Positions 41,719-50,607 of a stretch of DNA of 50,607 bases are shown one piece after another. The stretch lies in IMG/VR virus record IMGVR_UViG_3300010400_000025, positions 1 through 50,607 of that record; one strand, given 5' to 3'. Numbering within the stretch: position 1 is the first letter of the stretch; every line of letters starts with the position of its first letter. The position numbers and the translations under genes are program-made. Under the pieces are notes generated by a model. It worked only from the letters and a program-made list of their open reading frames with translations. It did no database searches and was not told the DNA's origin. The DNA comes from a virus (Duplodnaviria > Caudoviricetes).

Positions 41719-42801
41719 TCAGGTGATGTCATACACGCCAGAAGTATTCAGCTGCTTGGCGACCATGACGCCAGTCATCGACAGGCCATTGTACATGGTC
41801 ATCCTGTCGTAAGGCCTGGCAGGATTGTGCTTTTTCATCCTTTGGCCATCCATATACAATAACCGGAGGCCGGTCCGGCTCATGTCGATCGCGTAGCAGC
41901 GCTTCGACAGGCCGAGATCGTCCATGGTCGGGTCCCACTGAAGCTGGATGCCATCGTGCTTGGGGTCGGGCATCGAGCCATCGGCATTGCCCACGCTCCA
42001 GCCGGTCTGGGTGTACCAGCCATTGGCGCGAAGCTCGGCCTTGTAGGCGTCAATGAACGCCGAGCCGCAGAAATACTGGATGCTGGTGGAGCCGTTCTTG
42101 TACTTGTTGAGCAACCGCACCTCCTTGTCCATGAAGGCGATCAGCACGCCACCGCCGGTCGAAGCCGACGTGATCGCGCCCTGCCCACCGGCAGCGCCGT
42201 AGGCGGCGGTCGCCGCGCGGTTCTGCCACCAGGTATTCGCCGTGCGGCTGAGATTGCCGGTCGAGCCGACATTCGGCACGTCGAGGATGATCGAGCGGAT
42301 GCCCGCCAGCGCCTTGGTGTCGGTCGCGCCGTCGGCGTGGATCAGCCGGTCGAGGCTGAACGCATAGTCGGCGCCGAGCTTCTCGTTCTTCTCATCGAGC
42401 AGATTCGCCAGCGCCTGCGCCTCGCGGCCAGACATCTCGCGGGTGGTCTGATCGGTGCCGTCCTCGACGACGTCGATGCCGTCGATCTTCAGTTCGGTCT
42501 GGGTGACCACCATGCCGATGAAATGCTCTTTCCACGGCCACTGCGTGCGCTGGGTGCCGACCGGGTTGTAGTAGGTCAGCTGATCGTCACCCGTGTAGCC
42601 CTTGAGCGTGCCGCCGCCGTAGCCGGAAGCGACCGCGAAATTGACGTTGACGTTGCCGCCGACGAACTTGCCAGCCTTGGCGTTGAACGCCTCCAGCATC
42701 GGCTTGTTCGCGATGTCCTGTTTCCAGACTTTCCCCTTGTCGATGTAGGTTTCGAGACTTGATGCGTTGATGTTGGCGATTTCGCCAGCTGTGAAGGCCA
42801 T
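41719..42801 (-). CDS. Major capsid protein
   Basis: GGAGGTGA RBS; 360 aa; follows portal and scaffold; GYTGDDQLTY, LAGIRSII, WWQN motifs. Alternative start 42807. Confidence 0.85.
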   Translation of the reverse strand: MAFTAGEIANINASSLETYIDKGKVWKQDIANKPMLEAFNAKAGKFVGGNVNVNFAVASGYGGGTLKGYTGDDQLTYYNPVGTQRTQWPWKEHFIGMVVTQTELKIDGIDVVEDGTDQTTREMSGREAQALANLLDEKNEKLGADYAFSLDRLIHADGATDTKALAGIRSIILDVPNVGSTGNLSRTANTWWQNRAATAAYGAAGGQGAITSASTGGGVLIAFMDKEVRLLNKYKNGSTSIQYFCGSAFIDAYKAELRANGWYTQTGWSVGNADGSMPDPKHDGIQLQWDPTMDDLGLSKRCYAIDMSRTGLRLLYMDGQRMKKHNPARPYDRMTMYNGLSMTGVMVAKQLNTSGVYDIT

Positions 42802-42819
42802 GGCCATTCACCTCCAAAC

Positions 42820-43824
42820 TTACTGCACGTTCCGCTTCGCAAGCTCGGCTTGGATGATCTCCATCGTGTTCTTCGGAGCGGGACGGGCATCGCTTGACCC
42901 TGTTTGGAAGCCATTGACCGGGGTGATCGATCGGCGCGCCGTGGCGGCAGGAGCTTGCCTGAAGCCCTTGTTGACGTTCTCGTAGGCGCGGCGCAGCTGG
43001 TCCTGCACGCCTTGCGGCGCGGCAGGGATGCCTTCCTGGCGTTGCAGCCAGAGCACCTCTTTCCCGATAGCTTCCAGTTTGGCGTCGAAGTTCGGATCGC
43101 GGGCGCGACGATCGCGTTCCCAAGCCGTTGCGGCGTCCCGGCGCAGACTAACCTGCGCCATCTGCTCGCGGCGTTCGGCCTGCTGCTGGTCGAACGATCG
43201 CTGGACCGTCACCGACTGGGTGGCGGCGCGGGCTCGGGAGACTTCCAGAGCCGCTTCCGGCGTCATCTTCTGCTGCTGGATCAGCGCCCTGAGATCGTCA
43301 GGGAGCACTTCACCGGCAGCGACCAACAGCTTGCGAACGGCGGGCTCGATGCGCTTCCAGGCTTCTACCGGATTGACCTTCATCAACCCGCCGATCGTGA
43401 GTAGCTCGGCGGCTTCCTCGGGCGCCAGCCCGTTGCTGTCGATGAAGTTCTGGACGTTCTGGTAGCGGACAGCGTCGACCTTGAAGGTGTTGCGCTGGCG
43501 CAGGATTTCCTGGAATCGCGGGTGCTTGTTGAACGGGACGTCGGAGAAGTTCTCGTCGTCCGGTTCCTTGGGTCTGCGATCACGCGCTTGCGTGGTCGGT
43601 TCTTCGACTGTGGCTGACGAGGCCTCGGGTGCCGCTTTTCGCTTGGCGACGACGTCCTTGACAATCTCGTATGGATCGTCGTCGGGAACCCGGTTGCTGA
43701 CGTCTTTCCCAGTGGACGAGGCTGGGGTTGCGGGCTGCTCGGAACCTTGCGGCTCGCCCGCATCGTCCGATACCGTCGTTACCGGCGGCATCTCTTCGAT
43801 TTCGTGTTCCACTTCAGGTGGCAT
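42820..43824 (-). CDS. Capsid scaffolding protein
   Basis: Acidic disordered N-terminus, VPFNKHPRFQE, helical Gln-rich body; lies between portal and capsid. Confidence 0.8.
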   Translation of the reverse strand: MPPEVEHEIEEMPPVTTVSDDAGEPQGSEQPATPASSTGKDVSNRVPDDDPYEIVKDVVAKRKAAPEASSATVEEPTTQARDRRPKEPDDENFSDVPFNKHPRFQEILRQRNTFKVDAVRYQNVQNFIDSNGLAPEEAAELLTIGGLMKVNPVEAWKRIEPAVRKLLVAAGEVLPDDLRALIQQQKMTPEAALEVSRARAATQSVTVQRSFDQQQAERREQMAQVSLRRDAATAWERDRRARDPNFDAKLEAIGKEVLWLQRQEGIPAAPQGVQDQLRRAYENVNKGFRQAPAATARRSITPVNGFQTGSSDARPAPKNTMEIIQAELAKRNVQ

Positions 43825-43874
43825 CTGCGTTTCGTACTCTCGTTTGTCCTACGTCACAAGACATTGTGAACACT

Positions 43875-46106
43875 CTAGACCTGGTTAGAGCCGAAGGCGG
43901 GCTCGCTTCCCGGCTGTGTGGTCGCTGGTGGCGCCGGTCCGTTGGCCGCGCCTTCGGCCCCTTGATCGGCAGGCGCCTCGGTGCCGTCGCCGCCAGGGGG
44001 TGGCAGCTGTTGCTGCGGTCCGCCCGTGCCACCCATGCGGTTCTGCGTCACGATCGACGGCATGCCTGCCGATAGCGCCTCGGTGAGATCGATGCGATCG
44101 TCGAGACGCTTCACCGCTTCCTTTGCGAGCCAGTAGGGAGTGATACCGGGTATCTGCATCAGCAGCGGCGCCAATTCCTTGAAATTCTGCACTTCGACGG
44201 CCTGGTTCGGCTTGCCCGAGCTTCCCGCCTCGACCTCCAGGTAAAGCTCGGCGCTGATCTCGGCGAGCGTCAGCTGCGGCCACAGCGCGCCGGGTCCGAC
44301 AACCTCCTTGACCTTTTCCTCGGACATCTCCTTGAGCAGGATTTGACCGCTAGAGCGGGCGATCACGGTGAGGAAGGAATCGAGGTCGTCGATCGCCGCC
44401 TGGTCGTCGGAATTCGTCGAGTTCGCGGCAATCGCGCTCTCAGTCGCCGTGGCCTGCGCGGTGGCGCCGAATTGCGCTTCGCTGGAGCCGACTACCAGCT
44501 GTATGTCAGTGAAGGTCTGACCCGTCTCGTAGAGGTTTGGGTCTACCCCAGGAACCGGCACGGCCTGCAGGATTTTGGCGATGTCGGCCTGATCGGGCAA
44601 GTTGATGCCGATCGCGTCGAACGCCACTTGGGTCTTCAGGCTGTTGACGTCCTCTTCTTCGAAGACCCCATTAGGATAGACCCAGCGCGGGCGCGCCGCC
44701 TGCCGGTGCTCGCGCTGCCCCTGGCGGGCGCCGTTGTAGTCCTGCTGCTGGCTCCACATCAGGCGGACGTCGCTCGGCGGGAACAGCGAACTCTCGCTCT
44801 CGACCGCATTGAACGTGAGGCAGTAGACCGGCCAGAAGTCTTCCACGAAAACGTCGGGCTTTTCGGCCTTGCGCAGGAAACAATCGTGGCCGTCAGCCAC
44901 GTAGTAGACCAGACCGGACAGCTTATCGTATTGTTTCCACACGCAAACGAGCCCGGTGCCTTTGCTCTCGACGACCGAGTCAGCCTCGTCGTCATCACGC
45001 ACGTAGTTCGGTGAATCGACTTTCTCGCTGCTGATGCCGGTCGGCGAATAGCCGGTGTAATTCTTCTCCAGATCGACGCCGAACACTTCTTGGACCTGAT
45101 CAGCCGTGTACATGTATTCGAGCGTGATGTGCCGCGCTCCGATGAAGCCGACAAGCTCGCGGCAGAGCTTGTCGGGGATCACCCGCGTGGCCTGCGGATA
45201 GTCGAAGATCAGACCCTCGCGCAGCACGATCTCGGGCTCGTTCTGCAAGCTCTCGATCGACAGCTGAAGCTCGGTGATCTCGGGATCGTCGGGGTCGACC
45301 GGGTTCTCGGGGTCCTGAACGCGCTCGGTCAGGTGCTGCAAATGGTCGAGACGCGCGCGGGCGTCGGCCAGCTTCTCGGTCATGCCTGGGCGAGGTCCCA
45401 TCTCGCGCTGGAAGCCGATCTCGACATAGCCGACGCCCGTCGTGCAGGCGCGTCTAACCATCATTTTCATGCCGGTTTTGAAGTCGACGGGTTTTTGCTC
45501 GCGCATGGCCTGCGCGTAGAGAAGCTCCAGCGTTTTGCCGATCTTGTCGATCTGCTGGCGGCGCTGCATGCCCTGCTGGTAGTCGGCGATGATCGACTGA
45601 GCCTGGGTGAAGGCCTGCATCATCTCCGGCGTCGGCTCTTCCATGACCGGCTCGCCGGTCACCGGATCGGGTGTCGGCTGCGCCTGGGCCAACATTTGTT
45701 GGGCCATCTGGATGGTCTGCATCGCCATCATGAAGCTCTGCGGATTCTCGTCCCAAACCATGAAATCCATGGTTTCACGGCGCCGCGCCACGGCCTTCGG
45801 ATTCTTGGCGTAGAGGCTGGCGGTCTTGCGCTTGACGTGGCGACCGGCGAGGTTGGCGACGTAGTTTCCCTCGGTCCAATCAGGCATGCGGCCCGTGCGC
45901 GCGACGAACATATCCTCGCGCATCGCCTTGAACGCCTTGGCGTGAAATTCCTTGTCGCTCTTGATCGATTTCTGGATTTTCTTGACCAGCGCTTTTTCGG
46001 ATTCAGTGACGTTTTTGTACTTGTCGTCATTGGCTGGCGCGACAGGTCCCGGCGCCGCCGCGACATCGTCGTCTTCCATCACCGTGTTCGGCATGTATTC
46101 AGCCAT
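43875..46106 (-). CDS. Portal protein
   Basis: About 743 aa, directly after terL; LYAKNPK, LEVEAGSSGKPN, disordered C-terminus. Confidence 0.85.
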   Translation of the reverse strand: MAEYMPNTVMEDDDVAAAPGPVAPANDDKYKNVTESEKALVKKIQKSIKSDKEFHAKAFKAMREDMFVARTGRMPDWTEGNYVANLAGRHVKRKTASLYAKNPKAVARRRETMDFMVWDENPQSFMMAMQTIQMAQQMLAQAQPTPDPVTGEPVMEEPTPEMMQAFTQAQSIIADYQQGMQRRQQIDKIGKTLELLYAQAMREQKPVDFKTGMKMMVRRACTTGVGYVEIGFQREMGPRPGMTEKLADARARLDHLQHLTERVQDPENPVDPDDPEITELQLSIESLQNEPEIVLREGLIFDYPQATRVIPDKLCRELVGFIGARHITLEYMYTADQVQEVFGVDLEKNYTGYSPTGISSEKVDSPNYVRDDDEADSVVESKGTGLVCVWKQYDKLSGLVYYVADGHDCFLRKAEKPDVFVEDFWPVYCLTFNAVESESSLFPPSDVRLMWSQQQDYNGARQGQREHRQAARPRWVYPNGVFEEEDVNSLKTQVAFDAIGINLPDQADIAKILQAVPVPGVDPNLYETGQTFTDIQLVVGSSEAQFGATAQATATESAIAANSTNSDDQAAIDDLDSFLTVIARSSGQILLKEMSEEKVKEVVGPGALWPQLTLAEISAELYLEVEAGSSGKPNQAVEVQNFKELAPLLMQIPGITPYWLAKEAVKRLDDRIDLTEALSAGMPSIVTQNRMGGTGGPQQQLPPPGGDGTEAPADQGAEGAANGPAPPATTQPGSEPAFGSNQV

Positions 46107-46115
46107 TGAGTACAC

Positions 46116-47777
46116 TCAAAACAGACGTGCAGCTGCTGCCGTCCGCTTCTCCTTCATCCATTTGTCGTTTTGCTGCAAGAACGCCAGGCTGCCGGGGACC
46201 GGCTCGGTCTTCGGCTTGGTGCTGCGCTGCGGGCCGTACTGTCGCGTCAGCCCGGTGCCGATCAGCGACAGCGCATCGACGAAGTCGTCATGCGTGCCAT
46301 TCGGAAACGCCAGCATCTGCTCGATCGCCTTGGCGGTCCACCCAGCCCACGCCGGAAGATGCAGCTTGCCCATGTTGGCCCGCGCCACGATCGACTGCGC
46401 ACGCTGCTGCTTGTCGGATGCCGACGGCACCTCGACGATGTTGAGGTAGTGGCCTGTCTCGGCGATGCGCTTGCGCAGGAACGGCCCGATCGACTTGCCG
46501 ATATGATCCTTTTCAGCCCACCACACGAGCGGTCGCGTCGGGCCGGTGACCATGGTGAGGATCGCCTCGACGACGCGGTCGGTCGGCACTTTTTGCCAGA
46601 AGCATTCGGTCAGCCAAATGTCCTCCTGCTGATCAACGCCGACCTTGAGCAGCACCGTGAAGTCATTGCGCTGCTTCAGGCCGACCGCATGGTCGCTGGC
46701 ACAGTAGTAGCGAAGCTCCTTGGGGAGGTCCGCCGGGTTGTACAGGTGGATGTTCTCACGCTGGAACAGGATGCCCGCGTCGAGCGTCGGCTTGCCCTGG
46801 TAGAGCGCTTCGAAATTCAGCGGCCCCATCAGGGCGCGCTGCTCCTCCAGGAAGTCGAGATCGAAATTATCAGGCCCGTCGGGCCACAGCGCCTCGCCAG
46901 GCGCGCGCCCGAGCGTGTCGTTCTCCTCCGCTATGGCGGGCAACTCGATGATCTTGATGCGGCTGGCGAGCCTCTCGTTAAAGTACGGATTCTCGTCGGT
47001 GTTGCTGTTGGTCAGGCGCCCGATCGGGTCGTCGGTATGCCACCGGGTGAAGGTCATGATGACCAGCTTGAGGCCACGGCGGCGGGTCATGGCGACCTTG
47101 GTGAACCAGTTCCACGCCTGATCGCGGATCGCCTGGCTCTGCGCCTCCTTGTCGTCCTTGATCAGGTCGTCGCAGATCAGCAGATGGGCGCCGCGCCCGG
47201 TGAGCGCGCCACCGCGACCGACGAACGACAGCAACCCGCCTTTTTCGGTCTGGAGACGATCCTTGGCGGTGCCGCCGCGCCGCAGCTTGAAGCCGGGGAA
47301 CACCTGGTGGTGCTGCGGCGAATTCATGATGGCGCGGACGTCGGCGCCGAAGTCCATGGCGAATTCGTCGGAATAGGTGCTGACGACGATATCGTGGTCA
47401 GGATGCCTGCCAGCGTACCACGCTGGCAGGCGCCTGCTGACCAACTCCGATTTGCCGTGCCTCGGCGCCGTCACCAGGATGAGGAACGGTATATTACCCC
47501 GCTCCACTTCTTCAAGAGCCCTGGCGATCTTGCGGTGATGCTTGGCGTCCTTGTAGCGGCTGCGGGTGACGTCGCTGACGTCCTCGGGATCGGGCATCGT
47601 GAAGTGGATGTATTTGAGCAGATCGTCCCGCGCCTCGATCGCCACCTTCTGGCGCGATGCCACCTTGAGGCCGCGCTCGGCCTCCTGCTCGGCGCGCTTG
47701 GCGTTCAGGTAGCGGGCACGCGCGGCGTGCCGGTTCTCCTGAAGCCGTTTGTAGGTGGGCGGGACGTCGTACCTCAT
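46116..47777 (-). CDS. terL: Terminase large subunit
   Basis: Walker A APRHGKS, GRGAHLLICDD, TRWHTDD, ALYQGKP, FPNGTHDDFVDA. Confidence 0.95.
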   Translation of the reverse strand: MRYDVPPTYKRLQENRHAARARYLNAKRAEQEAERGLKVASRQKVAIEARDDLLKYIHFTMPDPEDVSDVTRSRYKDAKHHRKIARALEEVERGNIPFLILVTAPRHGKSELVSRRLPAWYAGRHPDHDIVVSTYSDEFAMDFGADVRAIMNSPQHHQVFPGFKLRRGGTAKDRLQTEKGGLLSFVGRGGALTGRGAHLLICDDLIKDDKEAQSQAIRDQAWNWFTKVAMTRRRGLKLVIMTFTRWHTDDPIGRLTNSNTDENPYFNERLASRIKIIELPAIAEENDTLGRAPGEALWPDGPDNFDLDFLEEQRALMGPLNFEALYQGKPTLDAGILFQRENIHLYNPADLPKELRYYCASDHAVGLKQRNDFTVLLKVGVDQQEDIWLTECFWQKVPTDRVVEAILTMVTGPTRPLVWWAEKDHIGKSIGPFLRKRIAETGHYLNIVEVPSASDKQQRAQSIVARANMGKLHLPAWAGWTAKAIEQMLAFPNGTHDDFVDALSLIGTGLTRQYGPQRSTKPKTEPVPGSLAFLQQNDKWMKEKRTAAAARLF

Positions 47778-47980
47778 TGCGCAACTGTTGAGTTGAAATA
47801 CCGCACGATGATCGGTTGCAACAGGCCGCTGACGTAGCCGAACAGCAGGCCGAGCAGCTTGGCGATGGTCGGGCTCTCGACATCCACGAAGCCGAACAGG
47901 ACGACCGCGATCAGCCCGAAAAACCCCACCACGATTAGGATCGCGATGATGCTGCGCGTGATGGCGTCGTGGGTCGTCAT
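47774..47980 (-). CDS. Two-TM membrane protein, holin candidate (68 aa)
   Basis: Two hydrophobic helices; ATGA overlaps. Confidence 0.65.
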   Translation of the reverse strand: MTTHDAITRSIIAILIVVGFFGLIAVVLFGFVDVESPTIAKLLGLLFGYVSGLLQPIIVRYFNSTVAQ

Positions 47981-48207
47981 TTGCCAGCCTGCGCACGCAG
48001 CGCCGCAGCGATCAGCGGGCCGTCCTGGCCTTGCGGCGGCGGCACAAAATCGGTGCCGTTGTAGGTGAACCCAGCGGCGCAATACTTATCCTCGGCGAGC
48101 ACCATGGTGTGGCCTGCGGGCGGTATCCAGTAATCGTTCGTGCCGTCCCAATCGACGACGTCGGCGACGAATTGACCCGCCGTGTTGACCATCGCGTAAG
48201 CCGCCAT
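47977..48207 (-). CDS. Tail-fibre assembly-like small protein (76 aa)
   Basis: YAMVN...DVVDWDG...W.PP.G...GFTYNGTDF.PP. Confidence 0.6.
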   Translation of the reverse strand: MAAYAMVNTAGQFVADVVDWDGTNDYWIPPAGHTMVLAEDKYCAAGFTYNGTDFVPPPQGQDGPLIAAALRAQAGK

Positions 48208-48209
48208 AT

Positions 48210-48476
48210 TCAGTCTCCGGCCAGGTTCAGCATTTCCATGACATGCTGATGCACGCGCTGCCGTTCGGCTGCGGCAGCGACTTTGGGAAAGCCGACGCCC
48301 ATGCCGAGCGCATTGAGCAGGATGATCACGACCAGCACGATGGCCACGCACAGCGTCAGCACGCGCACGATGCGCGCCAGCGGCTCCGGCGTGCCAAGCT
48401 CGCCAACCGCCCAGTAGACCAGTGCTGCGCCGCCGCAGACGCACAGGATGTAGATCGCGGCATAGAGCATCGGCAT
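48210..48476 (-). CDS. Two-TM membrane protein (88 aa)
   Basis: AGGAGG RBS; TM-PEP-TM. Confidence 0.7.
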   Translation of the reverse strand: MPMLYAAIYILCVCGGAALVYWAVGELGTPEPLARIVRVLTLCVAIVLVVIILLNALGMGVGFPKVAAAAERQRVHQHVMEMLNLAGD

Positions 48477-48484
48477 GGTGCCTC

Positions 48485-48688
48485 CTATTTCTTCTCGACG
48501 TGCGGAAAACAGCGTTCGATCATCGCCATCTCGCGTACCGCCCGACGTTCGTTCTGCCTGTCATTCACGAAGTACAAAACTCCCAATGTCGCTGCCTGCA
48601 ACAGCACCAGGACGAGCAGACCGGGTGAGCCCTTCAGCGCGTCGATCGTGCTGCCAGCTACCTTCCCGGCTTGCTCCGGTATGCTCAT
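48485..48688 (-). CDS. Single-TM membrane protein (67 aa)
   Basis: DALKGSPGLLVLVLL...; ATGA overlap. Confidence 0.7.
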   Translation of the reverse strand: MSIPEQAGKVAGSTIDALKGSPGLLVLVLLQAATLGVLYFVNDRQNERRAVREMAMIERCFPHVEKK

Positions 48689-49008
48689 GGCAGCGCAACA
48701 AAGCTGTTCGCCCTGGCGTCCCAGATGCCGCCCAGGGCGAATTCAATATCGGCATCCGGCACGGCTGCGCCGCCCTCGGTTTCAAGCGTCTCGGCGATCG
48801 TCGGATTGCTCGCAGCAACATGTTGCGCGAGCAGCAACGCGGCGTCGTCGCCCGTGAAGATGCGAGCGCAGTAGGCGATGCGGTTGGCGTGGTTCGGCGT
48901 GCTTTCGGCCTCGGTAGCGACGTTCTGCGCGACCTTGAGCGCGATGAAGCTCACCCTGGTGTAGAACGTCGGGTCCGACGCGGCGTTGATGATGTCGGTG
49001 GTAGCCAT
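48685..49008 (-). CDS. Hypothetical tail-associated protein (107 aa)
   Basis: AGGAGG RBS; SDPTFYTRV...PDADIEF. Confidence 0.7.
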   Translation of the reverse strand: MATTDIINAASDPTFYTRVSFIALKVAQNVATEAESTPNHANRIAYCARIFTGDDAALLLAQHVAASNPTIAETLETEGGAAVPDADIEFALGGIWDARANSFVALP

Positions 49009-49262
49009 CAGTGGCCTCCTGCGAGAACGTTTTCGACCGTCGGCCCGCCGAACAGGCTGTCCGGCGCGGCGAGTATCTGCTGGTTGGTCGGATCGGCGGG
49101 CGCGATGGTGCCGCCTTCGGCGATGTAGCGCAGCCAATCGCCCTGCGTGCAGGCGTCGTTGAGCCACCAGATCGTGTCATCATCGCCCACGGCGCGGATC
49201 AGCTGCTCGGGCGGCGGCATGTCATTGACGACGTATTGGGCGGACACGAAATTGGGCATCAC
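49008..49262 (-). CDS. Tail-fibre chaperone-like protein (84 aa)
   Basis: GDWLRYIAEGGTIAPAD motif, directly after the fibre gene. Confidence 0.6.
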   Translation of the reverse strand: MMPNFVSAQYVVNDMPPPEQLIRAVGDDDTIWWLNDACTQGDWLRYIAEGGTIAPADPTNQQILAAPDSLFGGPTVENVLAGGH

Positions 49263-50607
49263 ATCCTCCCGTTGACCGTGACGGTCGAACCAAATCTGGC
49301 AAAATTGGTTGTGGCGGGGGTCGTCAGCGACGTGCGAACTTCCGACACATAGCAGCCATCAGAACCCAGGCTCAAAGTGCCGACAGTTGCTGAAAATGCG
49401 TTGGCAGCAAAATAGTTAGCACCGCTCAGAATTGGATTAGGTCTTGGCGCCACTGGCAAATACGCTGCGTACAGATAAGCGGTGCTTGCTTGAACGAAGC
49501 CGTAGAATGCCCCCCACGTCTGCTGCCAGTAGCGCTGACACTTGGCGAGTTCAGTACTGTATTCCGGTATCTCAAAACGCGGCGGCAAGCCGGTGTTGAG
49601 TGGATCAAGGTACAAGCCGACATCGAACAGTTCATAGACAGCACCGGCTGCTGCAAGACCGTTGGTCAAACCCGCCAGTGAGAATGAGTTGGTCGCTAGC
49701 CAAGTATTACCCGATGCCGCCTGAAAGTTGGCCCCGCTTCCAACTGAGATCGTGACGTACATGCCACGCACTTCAGTGGTATCCCACACGCCAGTAGTGT
49801 CGCCGGGGACCACGAACACTTGTTCCGTGTCGGTGTTTGCCTGCCCCGCGCTGATGGTGAATGGCACAACGTAACAGCGGTTAGCCGGACCGTTGCGGAG
49901 CGATGCTGCATAGGTACCTGCTGGTCCCTTGAAACCAAAACGAAGGATGACTTGCCGTGCACCCGCTGCACCCCAACCGAAGTCCGCGATCTGTTTCCCT
50001 TCGATGGCTTGCAGCCACTGTTGGTACTCGTTAGCGGCAAGCGCTGCGTCGGCAGTGCCAACAGTGAGGCGTATACGGTCGGCTGATTTGTTCGGCGTCC
50101 GCAATTGCACACGCTGCGCTGACTGGGTGCCGCCTGAGATCGTTGCAGTCAGCCACTGGTCTGCGGCGTAGTACGACAACGAAGCCACTGGACCGCCTAG
50201 TGTGTCGCCCCATTCCTGGCTGACCTGCATGGCAGGATTGACAATCCTGTTGCGCGCCTGGGCGGTCGGCACAGCGCCAGCCGCCGCCAGCGCCGCCGTC
50301 ACGAAGGCCGTCGTCGCCACGCTGGTGTCGTTGTCGCCACCTGCCGGAGTTGGCGCCTGCGGGTTGCCCGTGAAAACCGGGCTGGCAAGATCAGCCTTGA
50401 GCGCGAGAGCGGGGGTGAAGGAGTTGAGGACGGTTTCGATCTCGCCCAACGTGTCAAAGCCAGGCGAAGCAGTGCCCTTGAGCAGGTTGATCGCAGTCTG
50501 GACGAAAGCAGTGGTGGCAATCGCAGTGCCGTTGTTGCCCGCTGCGAGCGTCGGCGCCGTCGGGTTCCCGGTCAATGCCGGGGAGGCCAGCGGCGCGAAT
50601 GTCGCCG
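49259..50607 (-). CDS. Tail fibre protein, C-terminal part (enters from the window end)
   Basis: Frame open to 50607; PTAPT/IATTAFV repeats, FDTLGEIE, RNRIVNPAM, Y.ADQW, ELAKCQRYW. Confidence 0.9.
   Translation of the reverse strand, partial: ATFAPLASPALTGNPTAPTLAAGNNGTAIATTAFVQTAINLLKGTASPGFDTLGEIETVLNSFTPALALKADLASPVFTGNPQAPTPAGGDNDTSVATTAFVTAALAAAGAVPTAQARNRIVNPAMQVSQEWGDTLGGPVASLSYYAADQWLTATISGGTQSAQRVQLRTPNKSADRIRLTVGTADAALAANEYQQWLQAIEGKQIADFGWGAAGARQVILRFGFKGPAGTYAASLRNGPANRCYVVPFTISAGQANTDTEQVFVVPGDTTGVWDTTEVRGMYVTISVGSGANFQAASGNTWLATNSFSLAGLTNGLAAAGAVYELFDVGLYLDPLNTGLPPRFEIPEYSTELAKCQRYWQQTWGAFYGFVQASTAYLYAAYLPVAPRPNPILSGANYFAANAFSATVGTLSLGSDGCYVSEVRTSLTTPATTNFARFGSTVTVNGRM

Larger units (their letters stand above)
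1..50607. mobile_element. Temperate podovirus-like bacteriophage genome, near complete and circularly permuted
   Basis: TerL, portal, scaffold, capsid, tail tube, ejection proteins, PolA, primase-helicase, integrase, repressor and endolysin are all present. No host housekeeping genes, and no tape-measure or sheath gene recognised. The tail-fibre ORF crosses the window ends. Confidence 0.95.

Noticed and set aside
46170-47837. 555-aa plus-strand ORF
   Set aside because: Antisense shadow of terL.
49259-50607. Diversity-generating retroelement acting on the tail fibre
   Set aside because: No reverse transcriptase and no template/variable repeat pair seen.

Overview
The window looks like an essentially complete, circularly permuted genome of a GC-rich temperate podovirus-type phage. 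The host is probably an alphaproteobacterium, inferred from the GapR homologue. The window breaks inside the tail-fibre gene, and the two ends join in frame. Modules: (1) a non-coding control region with long palindromes and IHF-consensus sites (2460-3087); (2) a rightward early region of small genes punctuated by three copies of a structured repeat (3088-5961); (3) a leftward replication operon with RusA, SNF2 helicase, DUF2800 nuclease, DUF2815 SSB, GapR, MazG-like, DEDD exonuclease, N6-A methyltransferase, family A DNA polymerase, RHH, TerS-like and primase-helicase genes, followed by a candidate origin (5989-20868); (4) an XRE repressor, tyrosine integrase and a run of small accessory genes ending at an attP-like locus (21125-28245); (5) a leftward late operon with tail fibre, membrane proteins, TerL, portal, scaffold, capsid, tail tube, ejection proteins, two virion peptidoglycan hydrolases and a GH19-like endolysin. 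The most unusual signals are a shared C-terminal [D/S/G]-[V/I/L]-F-x tail on nine unrelated proteins of the replication operon, the repeated stem-loop junction in the early region, twin GNA-triloop palindromes, and two dispersed DNA boxes (GTGACATAC, GTGTTCACAATG). All calls come from reading motifs by eye. No database searches were run, and several start codons were re-assigned from RBS and overlap evidence.
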